Positions 17,790 to 26,597 of a stretch of 64,000 bases of DNA are shown in pieces. Source of the stretch: a virus. How positions within the stretch are numbered: the stretch's first letter is position 1; each line of letters begins with the position of its first letter. The notes beneath the pieces were generated by a model that searched no databases, was not told where the DNA came from, and worked only from the letters and a program-made list of their open reading frames with translations. Position numbers and translations under genes: made by a program. The stretch lies in IMG/VR virus record IMGVR_UViG_3300039008_000077, positions 4,189 through 68,188 of that record. One strand, written 5' to 3'.

Positions 17790-19490
17790 CTATAATCGGA
17801 AATCCCAAGGATCGGGGTCCTTTTTACTAAGGTCCCAATCTGTATATACGCCTTCGATAGACCATTTTACGTCAGTGTCAATCTCGCCCCACTTTTCAAG
17901 TAGGTCCATAGCGTCATCATCGGGCAAAAAGCCTAAAGCTGGGATAGATTTCTCGATCAGAGCCTTCTTTTCCTCGTTCATCATGTCTCGGAGCTTGTTT
18001 GTGGTCATGTCACCGAACATATCGGTATCTGAGAACCATGCAAGCATCACCAGACCGGCAATCATGTCGTCATGGTAGCCGTCTCGGGCCTCAAAGCTCT
18101 CTTTGCGAGCTTCATAGACGTAAAATTCCTTAATGGTCTCCTCGTCTACGATCTTCAGCTTGCCTCTTTCGATCAAATCCTTGAGGTTTGTGGTCCCCAT
18201 GCGCTTAACCTTGCGGTTAATCTCCAATCCCATGGACCTCCCGTTAGCAACCTTGGACGTAAATACGTTTTCATACTCCAAATCGTAGTAGAGAATCTTA
18301 AAAACAACCTCACCGGCATTAGCTTCGATAATCGTGAAGGCATCGTTGTAGGATTTAGCCACCTTATGGATCAAATTCGGGAAGATCATAGGTGAAACGT
18401 TGTTGTCTCGATATGCAGCCACCTGTTTATACGGCAATTGGCTCACATCGACCACTGAGATGGTCGAGAAATCGATTCCTCGGCCTTTTGATACATCGGC
18501 TACCAGAATGTACTCATGGCCCTCTACGGGCTTCTCATAGACTTTTACGTCCGATGTGACTTCAAGAGGCTCCTCATGGGTCATGAGTTGCAGGAATTCC
18601 ATGTCAATCAGCGTGGAGGAGGTTTGGTTGAAGTTGTTACCGAACTCCTGACCAAATCGCTTCTCGCCAATGTTGCCCATGGTCATCTCTTTCCACGCCT
18701 CATCACGACCCGGAACGTCCCACCAGTCAACCCGGATAGGATTGAAGCTGTTTAGGCCCTTCTTGGCACCATCATAGAGACGGAAGAAGACATTGTTGAT
18801 ACCATTAGGCGTGGATACGATAATCATCCTAGCAGTATCAGAGGAAGAGATAAGCGGGTAGTTAGATTCGTAGAATTCCTCATCACCATTTACGAATGCG
18901 AACTCATCGCAAATCATGAGCGAGCCGGACTTACCACGAGCACCATCAGAGGAAGCTGCGATGGCTTCAATCTTGGTGTCAGTATCGAATGTGATGGAGG
19001 TCTTGTTGTATTCCCGGCACCCATGCTGAAGGAAGAACGGAAGGTTCTCAATAGCCCGTTGGATACGGGTCAGCATTTCCTTGGCGGTGTCCAGTTTGTT
19101 GGCCGCAATGATGACGTGCTCTGCCTTATCCGAGAATAACATCAGCCACACAACATATCCAATAAACCCCACTGACTTACCAGACTGGCGACACGCAAGA
19201 ACGATGTTGAATCTGTTCTTCTCGAACTCATCCATCATGTCAATCTGGTACGGATATGGCTCATAGTTGATGAGACCTTCACCCGGTTTGATGACCTTGA
19301 TGTAGGTGGAGCAGAAGTAATCCTTATCTTGGGAACACTTCACCCATTCCTGTAGCTCCCACTTCGTAAAGTTCTGGGATACACCCGCACGCTTAATCTT
19401 CGGATTGCCAAGATAGGTTGGGAGGTTATGTGGGTTCTGAGGACAGGCCCATGTAAGCTTATGCTTAGGTTTCGGTATTGTCTGAACCAT
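17790..19490 (-). CDS. gp17: Terminase large subunit
   Basis: CRQSGKS Walker A, MICDEFAF, IIVSTPNG, ADVSKGRGIDFS, HDDMIAGLV. Confidence 0.97.
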   Translation of the reverse strand: MVQTIPKPKHKLTWACPQNPHNLPTYLGNPKIKRAGVSQNFTKWELQEWVKCSQDKDYFCSTYIKVIKPGEGLINYEPYPYQIDMMDEFEKNRFNIVLACRQSGKSVGFIGYVVWLMLFSDKAEHVIIAANKLDTAKEMLTRIQRAIENLPFFLQHGCREYNKTSITFDTDTKIEAIAASSDGARGKSGSLMICDEFAFVNGDEEFYESNYPLISSSDTARMIIVSTPNGINNVFFRLYDGAKKGLNSFNPIRVDWWDVPGRDEAWKEMTMGNIGEKRFGQEFGNNFNQTSSTLIDMEFLQLMTHEEPLEVTSDVKVYEKPVEGHEYILVADVSKGRGIDFSTISVVDVSQLPYKQVAAYRDNNVSPMIFPNLIHKVAKSYNDAFTIIEANAGEVVFKILYYDLEYENVFTSKVANGRSMGLEINRKVKRMGTTNLKDLIERGKLKIVDEETIKEFYVYEARKESFEARDGYHDDMIAGLVMLAWFSDTDMFGDMTTNKLRDMMNEEKKALIEKSIPALGFLPDDDAMDLLEKWGEIDTDVKWSIEGVYTDWDLSKKDPDPWDFRL

Positions 19491-19878
19491 TTCCTAGTTC
19501 TGTGAATTCTGCATCCTGCGGTTCTTCACGCAGGTCTTTTAGCATCTTCACAATGTCCTTTGTTGAGCCAGTGAATTCAACTTGTTGACTCGGGTCAATG
19601 GGGGCAGTGTTAACACCTTGATCCTGATTGATCACCTGAATCTTACGCTGGTTGTCCAGCAGCTTGTCGTTAAGATCACCGATGTTTTTGATATAATTCC
19701 CAAGGATTTCAAAGCAGCGAGGGTGTTCACTCTCTTCTGCGATCTCACTTAGGCGGTCTAGGCCCTTCATGCCATGCTGGATCAGCTGTGCGTAGATTGC
19801 ACGGGATAGCTGATAGTCATCAATCTGATCCTCACGAACATTGGGCTCTTCTACGGGTCTGTTGTCATCTTCACTCAT
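19465..19878 (-). CDS. gp16: Terminase small subunit
   Basis: DDYQLSR...EESEHPRCFEILG...FTGSTKDIVKML; directly upstream of gp17. Confidence 0.9.
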   Translation of the reverse strand: MSEDDNRPVEEPNVREDQIDDYQLSRAIYAQLIQHGMKGLDRLSEIAEESEHPRCFEILGNYIKNIGDLNDKLLDNQRKIQVINQDQGVNTAPIDPSQQVEFTGSTKDIVKMLKDLREEPQDAEFTELGNGSDNTET

Positions 19879-20630
19879 TGGTCATATCCATATGTATGTG
19901 TCACGTTGATCGTGTAATTGTCCGTCTCATCGGCAGTCTGCGGGTCCACAGAGGTTGTCGATGTTAGTATTGTGTCGTTGGTGTCAGAATCTTTGAAATT
20001 GATGATTGCGTTTTTAATAACTTCTACTTGTGTGTCTACTTTTCCCCACAGATTCAGGCGCATCTCAAACATGATCGTGTATATGATCAGGCGGCGGTCT
20101 GCCTGTTCACCTTCATAGCTATCTTCTTTGGATACTGTTTGCAAAGAGATGTTTACATCGTCAATAATATCTGTGTTGTCTTTGATCGGGTAGATACGAA
20201 GACCAACAGAAGGTTTAAAGTGAGGGAGAATCTGTTCCAGAATCTGGTTAGCTTCATCCACATTCCGAGTCATGATACTGAGTTCAAAGGGAATTAGGTA
20301 TGGAGCTGGTTGCCAAATCTTGGCGGCAAGGTTCTGCCCGGCCACATTTGGTGGACAGGTCAGTGTTGCATTTTTGTTCTTCTGAAGCTGAGCTGCATAT
20401 ACAGGGGCATCCATTTCAAAAGACATACGTGGCAAGGTGATGGCAACGTGGTCGTCAGGAAGGTCCGGTCGCTCAGTTACACGGGATATGAACTTCTGGC
20501 GTGGCCCATAGGCAATAGGCACCCGCTGTTGATTCTTGCCACCCCGGGAAACATACAGTTCATCGAAAAGCTTGCCAAAGGTACTGACAGCTCGTCTAAG
20601 CGTCTGAGTATAATTGTAAGATCCTTGCAT
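19875..20630 (-). CDS. gp15: Tail terminator / sheath stabiliser
   Basis: VPIAYGPRQKF, ITLPRMSFEM, QILEQILPHFKP. Confidence 0.93.
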   Translation of the reverse strand: MQGSYNYTQTLRRAVSTFGKLFDELYVSRGGKNQQRVPIAYGPRQKFISRVTERPDLPDDHVAITLPRMSFEMDAPVYAAQLQKNKNATLTCPPNVAGQNLAAKIWQPAPYLIPFELSIMTRNVDEANQILEQILPHFKPSVGLRIYPIKDNTDIIDDVNISLQTVSKEDSYEGEQADRRLIIYTIMFEMRLNLWGKVDTQVEVIKNAIINFKDSDTNDTILTSTTSVDPQTADETDNYTINVTHTYGYDQ

Positions 20631-21490
20631 TAGTAATCAGCTCCATATGGATTTGAACTGTCAGCAATAACTCCCTCTGAATCCAAGTCAAAGTCGTCAT
20701 TAAGTTCGTATTCATTTGTGTTGTCATCAGTCCAGTCTGCTACTGCTGTAACAGAGCGGGTAACTGTAGACTCGTCTCCTGTAATATCTATACCAGAAGT
20801 GAACATCTGGAATTCGCCAGAGGATGACGTGACATGAGACACAACAAGGTCAGTCCCGGACATGGATACCAGCTCACCAGTGACAATGGTTCCAGAGTGA
20901 ACCTGAGTGATGGTCTCTCCCAACGTGAAAGCACCAGCACTGGCAACAGTAAGAACCTGAGCATAGTCACTTTCCAACTCAGAGGTGTCTACTCCGTCAA
21001 TATCAATATCTTCGCCGTTGTATTCGAAGACAGCACAGCGCAGCTTGTATACAGGCAGATTTACAAGAGCATAGAATGGCTCTTCGTGTTCAACCATGGT
21101 GATCTCAAATATGGTTTTTGAAAACGGCACATAGATCAAATCTCCTTCGTTGGGGCGTGTCTGACTATGCGGTGTTCCAATGACGGTATTCCAACGTGAC
21201 CGAGACACCACAAGCGTAGTTTCGTCACGAATCTCAATACCGAATTTTTGAAACAAGTCGGCCCCTTCGTAACCCTCGGAGTTCTCGACATACATCTCAA
21301 TGTCATATGATGTAGTAAATGATGACGCAACATCTTCTCCAAATAATCTATCAATTTCAACTTCATCACGGGGGACATAGGTCATGTCCTGACCGTAAAT
21401 CTTAAGGGACTCAATGATAAGGTTTTCGTATAATGACTGTTCTGTCGCAACTCCCACCGAATTGCTGTTAAAGTGTGAGTTAGTAGCCAT
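20630..21490 (-). CDS. gp14: Neck protein
   Basis: EQSLYENLIIESLKIYGQD, FQKFGIEIRDE, RPNEGDLIY, VEHEEPFY. Confidence 0.95.
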   Translation of the reverse strand: MATNSHFNSNSVGVATEQSLYENLIIESLKIYGQDMTYVPRDEVEIDRLFGEDVASSFTTSYDIEMYVENSEGYEGADLFQKFGIEIRDETTLVVSRSRWNTVIGTPHSQTRPNEGDLIYVPFSKTIFEITMVEHEEPFYALVNLPVYKLRCAVFEYNGEDIDIDGVDTSELESDYAQVLTVASAGAFTLGETITQVHSGTIVTGELVSMSGTDLVVSHVTSSSGEFQMFTSGIDITGDESTVTRSVTAVADWTDDNTNEYELNDDFDLDSEGVIADSSNPYGADY

Positions 21491-21493
21491 TGT

Positions 21494-22234
21494 TTATCCC
21501 ACGTAAAAGTCTACTGGATCGCTCCATTTAGTCTGAAGCTCTTCTTCCAGTTTGGCGATCTCGTTTTGTGCTTGGTCCAGAATACCACCAGCATTCATGG
21601 TAACACCACCCAGCATAATCACACCTTCAAACTTGGCAAGATTCTGACCCCACTGTAGCTGGATCAAAGCCGTAGCATAGGCCTTCAGCCAGATGTTGTC
21701 CCATGCCGTAGATGTCGCAGGGTCCACCCGTACATAGGCCTTGAGTGCCACATATTCGCCAGCCTTCAGCTCACCGGTATCCGTACCGTCAATATAGAGT
21801 CGCTTGCCATAGCGATGGTAGCGCCAGCTAACTTCCCCATTGAGAAGATCGTCCATCATATTCAGATACTGTCGAGTCTGGATGTAGGATTGCATCCCAC
21901 CCATCATTTGTAGTTCCTGAATCATGGTCAGCTTAATCTGGTAGTTGATGTCCAGAAGAGAACGAGACAACATAGGATCGGAGATACCAAAGACGCCATG
22001 GACAAGCATGATGTCATCAGGCACAGTGATGTATCCATTGTCTACGTCTGTCTGGGTTAGCACATGTGTGACATAGACTTCCTCAAAGCCATCATTGTGC
22101 ATCTCTTGCCACATCTGGATGGCGTCATCGATCCGATCTTCAACCTGAGCATCAGACACGTTAATCTCAATAACACCATCGCCAAGACGGCGCAGGCAGT
22201 ATTCCTTAAATGCGGTACGATCAGCGAGGGCCAT
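21494..22234 (-). CDS. gp13: Neck protein
   Basis: FKEYCLRRLG...INVSDAQVEDRIDDA, WLKAYATALIQLQWGQNLAKF. Confidence 0.95.
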   Translation of the reverse strand: MALADRTAFKEYCLRRLGDGVIEINVSDAQVEDRIDDAIQMWQEMHNDGFEEVYVTHVLTQTDVDNGYITVPDDIMLVHGVFGISDPMLSRSLLDINYQIKLTMIQELQMMGGMQSYIQTRQYLNMMDDLLNGEVSWRYHRYGKRLYIDGTDTGELKAGEYVALKAYVRVDPATSTAWDNIWLKAYATALIQLQWGQNLAKFEGVIMLGGVTMNAGGILDQAQNEIAKLEEELQTKWSDPVDFYVG

Positions 22235-25200
22235 TATTTACCTTCCAGTTCTGCCACACGGGCTTCCAGTTCCTTAATGGCCTCCAACAGGACCGGAACC
22301 ATCTTCTCGTAGTTCACCAGCTTCTCACCGTCCTCATTGGTGTGAACAACTTCCGGCAGGGTCTCTTCGGCTTCCTGAGCAATAACACCAATCTGACGAC
22401 GATCATTAAAGCGTTCAGTATCACGCCAGTCATAGCGCACTCCACGGATTCCCCGGATCAAATCCAGAGCGCTACTGATCTCTTCGATGTTCTCTTTGAG
22501 GTTTACATCCGAGAATGCCGTGATGTCACCGGTAGCCGTGAAGGCACCATTATCATCAAAGGTGAAGCGGGTAGTCGTGCCGTCACGAACATACAGATTA
22601 CCGGTATTCATATCCATATAGGCATGAGTGCCGCTATGGAAGATTTCAAAGTCAGAACTATTACCGAATCCGGCGATTTTGCTATCGGTAATTTTTATTC
22701 CATCGCTAAATGTGATCTGAGCCGCTGCGGTGTCTGTTGTGTTGGCTCGAAGGAAAGCCCCAGAATTAAGGCCATCCAATGTATCGGCATCTACATTGAG
22801 TGCATCCACAAAGCTCTTGGTAACACGGGAATCAATAGCAGAATTTGCCCGGGTATCTGTATAGTAGAGGTTGGTACCTTCAGACAGGTTAGATGTGCTG
22901 AAAGCCCCCATATTCACACTGATAGCGTCAGCCGCAACTGTTATACCAGTACCGGCACCGATGTTCAGCGTAACGGAACCAGAAGACCCGCCGCCGGTCA
23001 GGCCTGAACCGGCGGTGACACCAGAGATGTCACCAGAATTTGTGGTGTAACCGTAGCTCTCAATCTTATCCTCAATGGCAGCAGCCGTCATCAAAACTGT
23101 GTTAGAGTTTGAAAATGATTCTGAAGAAACTTGAATGGCGGCTCCGGCAAAATCTGCAACGGTCAGATCAGGAAGTCGTGCCGCTGACAAAGTACCAGAC
23201 GTGATGTCCGAAGCGGCATGGGTGTGTCCAACCTGAGAGAAGCTGGATGCGTGGAAGCCATCGAGTAGATCAGCGTCTAGTCCAGATCCAGCCCCGTCAT
23301 TTTGCTCGGACCAGACATTGTAATTCACAGAAGCCGCACGATAGTATAAACCATCAGAAGCATCGTAAATCAATTGCCCATCAGCAGTAAGATCGGAAGC
23401 TTCGTTATTACTTAGGCGTAAAAAGTCAACTCTGATTTCAGAAGATGACAAGTTTAGTGTACCGGCAGTAATCTTGTTGGCCGAAATATCGGAAATGTTG
23501 GAATTAGAAAATTGTCCAGATGTGATCTTCGATGCATCTAGATCCGGAATTCTAGCACTTGCAAATGTCCCGGATGTAATATTAGATGCTGGCTGTGCAG
23601 TCGGAGTGAAGTTACCTTCATGCCATACCGCACTGCTATTCACGGTGAGTCCGGCGGCATTAACGGTCCCGGGAAAATCAGAATCTCCGAAATTATCAAC
23701 AACAGTGGCTTCGTATCGACCACTCCATCCGGTAGCCCAGTTATCGGAAGAGGATACAGCCCGCACTCCTCTTTCCCCGGCAAGCCACACAAATTCTCCC
23801 GAATTTTTATTGGAGGTTTGAGGAGCTGCTTCGCCCGCAGCAATAACAATTGCTTCGCCATCAGCGGTCGAAACAAGATTTGATTTTAATGTCCCTGTGA
23901 TGGTCTTATCTGCCATACTGGTAGGGAGACGTGAGTCTGACAAAGTGCCAGACGTGATTTTGGATGTGTCTAGATCCGGAATGCGAGCCGATCCGAGAAC
24001 GCCTGCTGTGATTTTGGATGCATCTAAATCCGGAATGCGAGCCGATCCGAGAACACCTGATACTACATCACTAGCATCATGAGTGTGTGCGCTCGGCGTA
24101 AATGTTGATGGCACGCCCGTCAAGTTAGCCCACGCCCGATAATAGGAGCCATGTTCGCCATCTAACAGGTCAGCATTCAGTCCGTTGCCACCATTTTCGT
24201 CCGCAGTGGTAAGAATGCGAGAGTAGCTAATACCATCAGATGTTAGCTGCCAGATATTAGAAGACTCATTCCACCGGATCTCGACATCATCTGATGTCCC
24301 CCGATTAACTTTGAAGAATGCATTTTGTGTTGGCGCTCCTGTAACCGTAGCGTTCAATACAACTTCATTAGATTCAATTTCAAGGGTTTCTTGTGAAGCA
24401 GTAGTCGTTGTACCCAGAACGGTCAAGTCGCCGTTGATAACCACATCCTGTGTAAAGGTTTCTGATGCAAGATCGGTGCGAGCCAGAGAAGATAGATTCA
24501 CTCCATCTAGTGTATCGGCATCCAGCCCAGATCCAGAACCCATGTTACCGGGGTGGAAAACTTCTGATCCGCTTACTGTAACCGTATGTCCAGATGGAAC
24601 GGAAATACCACTCCCAGACAGAGTGAGGTCTTCATAAAACGTGATACCCGAGCCAGAGAATATTCCAACAGTTCCGGCAGCGGCAACGATATCTACAGAA
24701 TTGGAATCAAAATCAATGCGCTCTCCGGCCCCATTATTAATAGAGCCTGATGATGATGTTAGAAGAAAATTATCCCCCGTTACATCTTCGGTTGAGATAA
24801 GATTTCCCTGAACAGTCGTGGCCCTTTTCAATGTGATTGCAGAATTTTCAATCTGCACTCGATTTGCGGTTGCATTATCATCAATCCCCAGAGATGTAAA
24901 TCCACCGGAATCGATTGTCAGACCACCAGAAAGAGTAGCAAGCCCATCAACATCAAGGGTACCAGTAAGAACGGCATCCGTGAAATTTTGTGTCTCTCCG
25001 GTTTCAAGGCTATAGAGATAATTAATCGCCGCAATAATGCTATTATCGTTAGCGCCCGTAAAGCCAGAATCAAGATCCCCAAGACTACCCACCCGAGTAT
25101 CAAGAGAATTGTGATTAGACTCGATTTCATTAATAGCCCCAGCCAATGATGTAGAGTTTGTAGTTAGAGACGTACCTACACCCGTCCATAGGGTATATGC

Positions 25201-26412
25201 ATCGTAAAAATTATCTACGATGCTAGATAGATCAGTATCAGCTCCACGGATAGTAGTGTTGATACTAGAAATATTACCAATCTCGGCATCAGCAGTAGAA
25301 ATATTGGTTGCGTTTGTATTGATTTCGGAATGTAGTTCATTGATAGCACCAACAAGATCGGAACTATACACCGTATCCAAAGCACCAAGGTCGCCGTCAC
25401 GATCAAGCAATTTCTGGTCGAGCAAAAGAATAGAGCCCGCAACATCAGAACCTCGGATGTCGGCGGGAATCGTTGATAGAGCACCGGTACGGGTGTCAAG
25501 ATCGTCATGCTCGGTCCACAGGAAATTAATAGCGGCAACCGTGTTATTATCATTTGGTCCGGTAAAGGCATTGGCCAAATTTGACAGGGAGCCAACTCGG
25601 CTGTCAAATTCATCGTAGACGTTATCCACCGATTCGACAACATCAGCGCCTCGAACAGCAGAAGCAATAGTATTCAGAGGGCCTACACGGGCATCTAGAG
25701 TATTATGCTCTCCATGCAGCTCATTGAGCCCTCCTGCCAGAGTTCCAGATGAGGTGTCTAGAGAAGTACCGATCCCAGTGAAGTTTTCGAACTTGACATC
25801 CAGCAAATTGATAGAGCTGACAATATCGCCACCTTCGATGTCATTGTTAAGGGTGGCAAGAGCACCCACACGGACATCCAGAGCGTCACGCTCGTCGTGA
25901 ATTTCATTTAGTCCAGCAACCACATTAGAAGCGGTGGTAGATAAAATTACCCCTCTGCCAATGAAATTGTAATAATCATCCCAAGAGTCTTGAATTGCCT
26001 CTGTCACTGTTGATGCGGACCAGATAGCCCCGGTTACAGTAAATGACCGAGTACCAACCCATGCATCCAGATCGTCATAATCTGAGTGCAGTTCGTTAAG
26101 GGCTCCGGTCGCAGTCTGAGAAACCGTGTCAAAATCAGTGTCCGGATCTGCCCATGCAATATAGCTATCATAGAAATTATCCAAAGATTGGGTAACAGAA
26201 GTGCCGTCTCGAATATCAACATGGATGTTCGTCAATGGGCCTACACGAGTGTCTAGCAGGTCCAATTCCCCGTGCACTTCATTTACCGCATCAACGAGGT
26301 CACCCGCAGACGTATCCAGCAATGCAATATCACCTACATCCTGAGCTGTCAGGTTGTAAGTCTCAAACCATGTCTGGATAGTATCGGTGTATGATACGCT
26401 TCTATCAGCCAT
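22234..26412 (-). CDS. Fibre protein in the fibritin (wac) position, with a C-terminal S74-type chaperone
   Basis: N-terminal L-x-T...AINE repeats, GSGLDADxLDG fibre motifs, C-terminal SDVNLKENIEEI...GVIAQE...VNYEKMVPVLLEAIKEL. Confidence 0.8.
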   Translation of the reverse strand: MADRSVSYTDTIQTWFETYNLTAQDVGDIALLDTSAGDLVDAVNEVHGELDLLDTRVGPLTNIHVDIRDGTSVTQSLDNFYDSYIAWADPDTDFDTVSQTATGALNELHSDYDDLDAWVGTRSFTVTGAIWSASTVTEAIQDSWDDYYNFIGRGVILSTTASNVVAGLNEIHDERDALDVRVGALATLNNDIEGGDIVSSINLLDVKFENFTGIGTSLDTSSGTLAGGLNELHGEHNTLDARVGPLNTIASAVRGADVVESVDNVYDEFDSRVGSLSNLANAFTGPNDNNTVAAINFLWTEHDDLDTRTGALSTIPADIRGSDVAGSILLLDQKLLDRDGDLGALDTVYSSDLVGAINELHSEINTNATNISTADAEIGNISSINTTIRGADTDLSSIVDNFYDAYTLWTGVGTSLTTNSTSLAGAINEIESNHNSLDTRVGSLGDLDSGFTGANDNSIIAAINYLYSLETGETQNFTDAVLTGTLDVDGLATLSGGLTIDSGGFTSLGIDDNATANRVQIENSAITLKRATTVQGNLISTEDVTGDNFLLTSSSGSINNGAGERIDFDSNSVDIVAAAGTVGIFSGSGITFYEDLTLSGSGISVPSGHTVTVSGSEVFHPGNMGSGSGLDADTLDGVNLSSLARTDLASETFTQDVVINGDLTVLGTTTTASQETLEIESNEVVLNATVTGAPTQNAFFKVNRGTSDDVEIRWNESSNIWQLTSDGISYSRILTTADENGGNGLNADLLDGEHGSYYRAWANLTGVPSTFTPSAHTHDASDVVSGVLGSARIPDLDASKITAGVLGSARIPDLDTSKITSGTLSDSRLPTSMADKTITGTLKSNLVSTADGEAIVIAAGEAAPQTSNKNSGEFVWLAGERGVRAVSSSDNWATGWSGRYEATVVDNFGDSDFPGTVNAAGLTVNSSAVWHEGNFTPTAQPASNITSGTFASARIPDLDASKITSGQFSNSNISDISANKITAGTLNLSSSEIRVDFLRLSNNEASDLTADGQLIYDASDGLYYRAASVNYNVWSEQNDGAGSGLDADLLDGFHASSFSQVGHTHAASDITSGTLSAARLPDLTVADFAGAAIQVSSESFSNSNTVLMTAAAIEDKIESYGYTTNSGDISGVTAGSGLTGGGSSGSVTLNIGAGTGITVAADAISVNMGAFSTSNLSEGTNLYYTDTRANSAIDSRVTKSFVDALNVDADTLDGLNSGAFLRANTTDTAAAQITFSDGIKITDSKIAGFGNSSDFEIFHSGTHAYMDMNTGNLYVRDGTTTRFTFDDNGAFTATGDITAFSDVNLKENIEEISSALDLIRGIRGVRYDWRDTERFNDRRQIGVIAQEAEETLPEVVHTNEDGEKLVNYEKMVPVLLEAIKELEARVAELEGK
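23974..24054 (-). repeat. Tandem coding repeat with a 54-bp period (18 aa, GVLGSARIPDL)
   Basis: Identical 27-mer atccggaatgcgagccgatccgagaac at 23974-24000 and 24028-24054. Confidence 0.9.
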
Positions 26413-26593
26413 CTAATAGCTTCCTTACGAGTTGACGGAGTTCGGCGACCTCTTCTTTGAGGTCATCCATCTCCTGTTCTTTTTCTTTTTGTTTTTGCTT
26501 ACGCATGCGAGCGGCTTGCAATTCAATAGAATTGATATTGCAAATAGCACCGCTTGCTGTCCTAATAAGGTCTGGGTGTCCTTGGACTTTCAT
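26405..26593 (-). CDS. Small conserved T4-like hypothetical protein (coiled-coil C-terminus)
   Basis: MKVQGHPDLIRTASGAICNIN...DDLKEEVAELRQLV. Confidence 0.75.
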   Translation of the reverse strand: MKVQGHPDLIRTASGAICNINSIELQAARMRKQKQKEKEQEMDDLKEEVAELRQLVRKLLDG

Positions 26594-26597
26594 CTAT

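Noticed and set aside
22507-22653. Possible diversity-generating retroelement TR/VR pair with 41697-41843
   Set aside because: Differences are mostly synonymous third-position C/T changes, not adenine-specific, and no reverse transcriptase is in the window.
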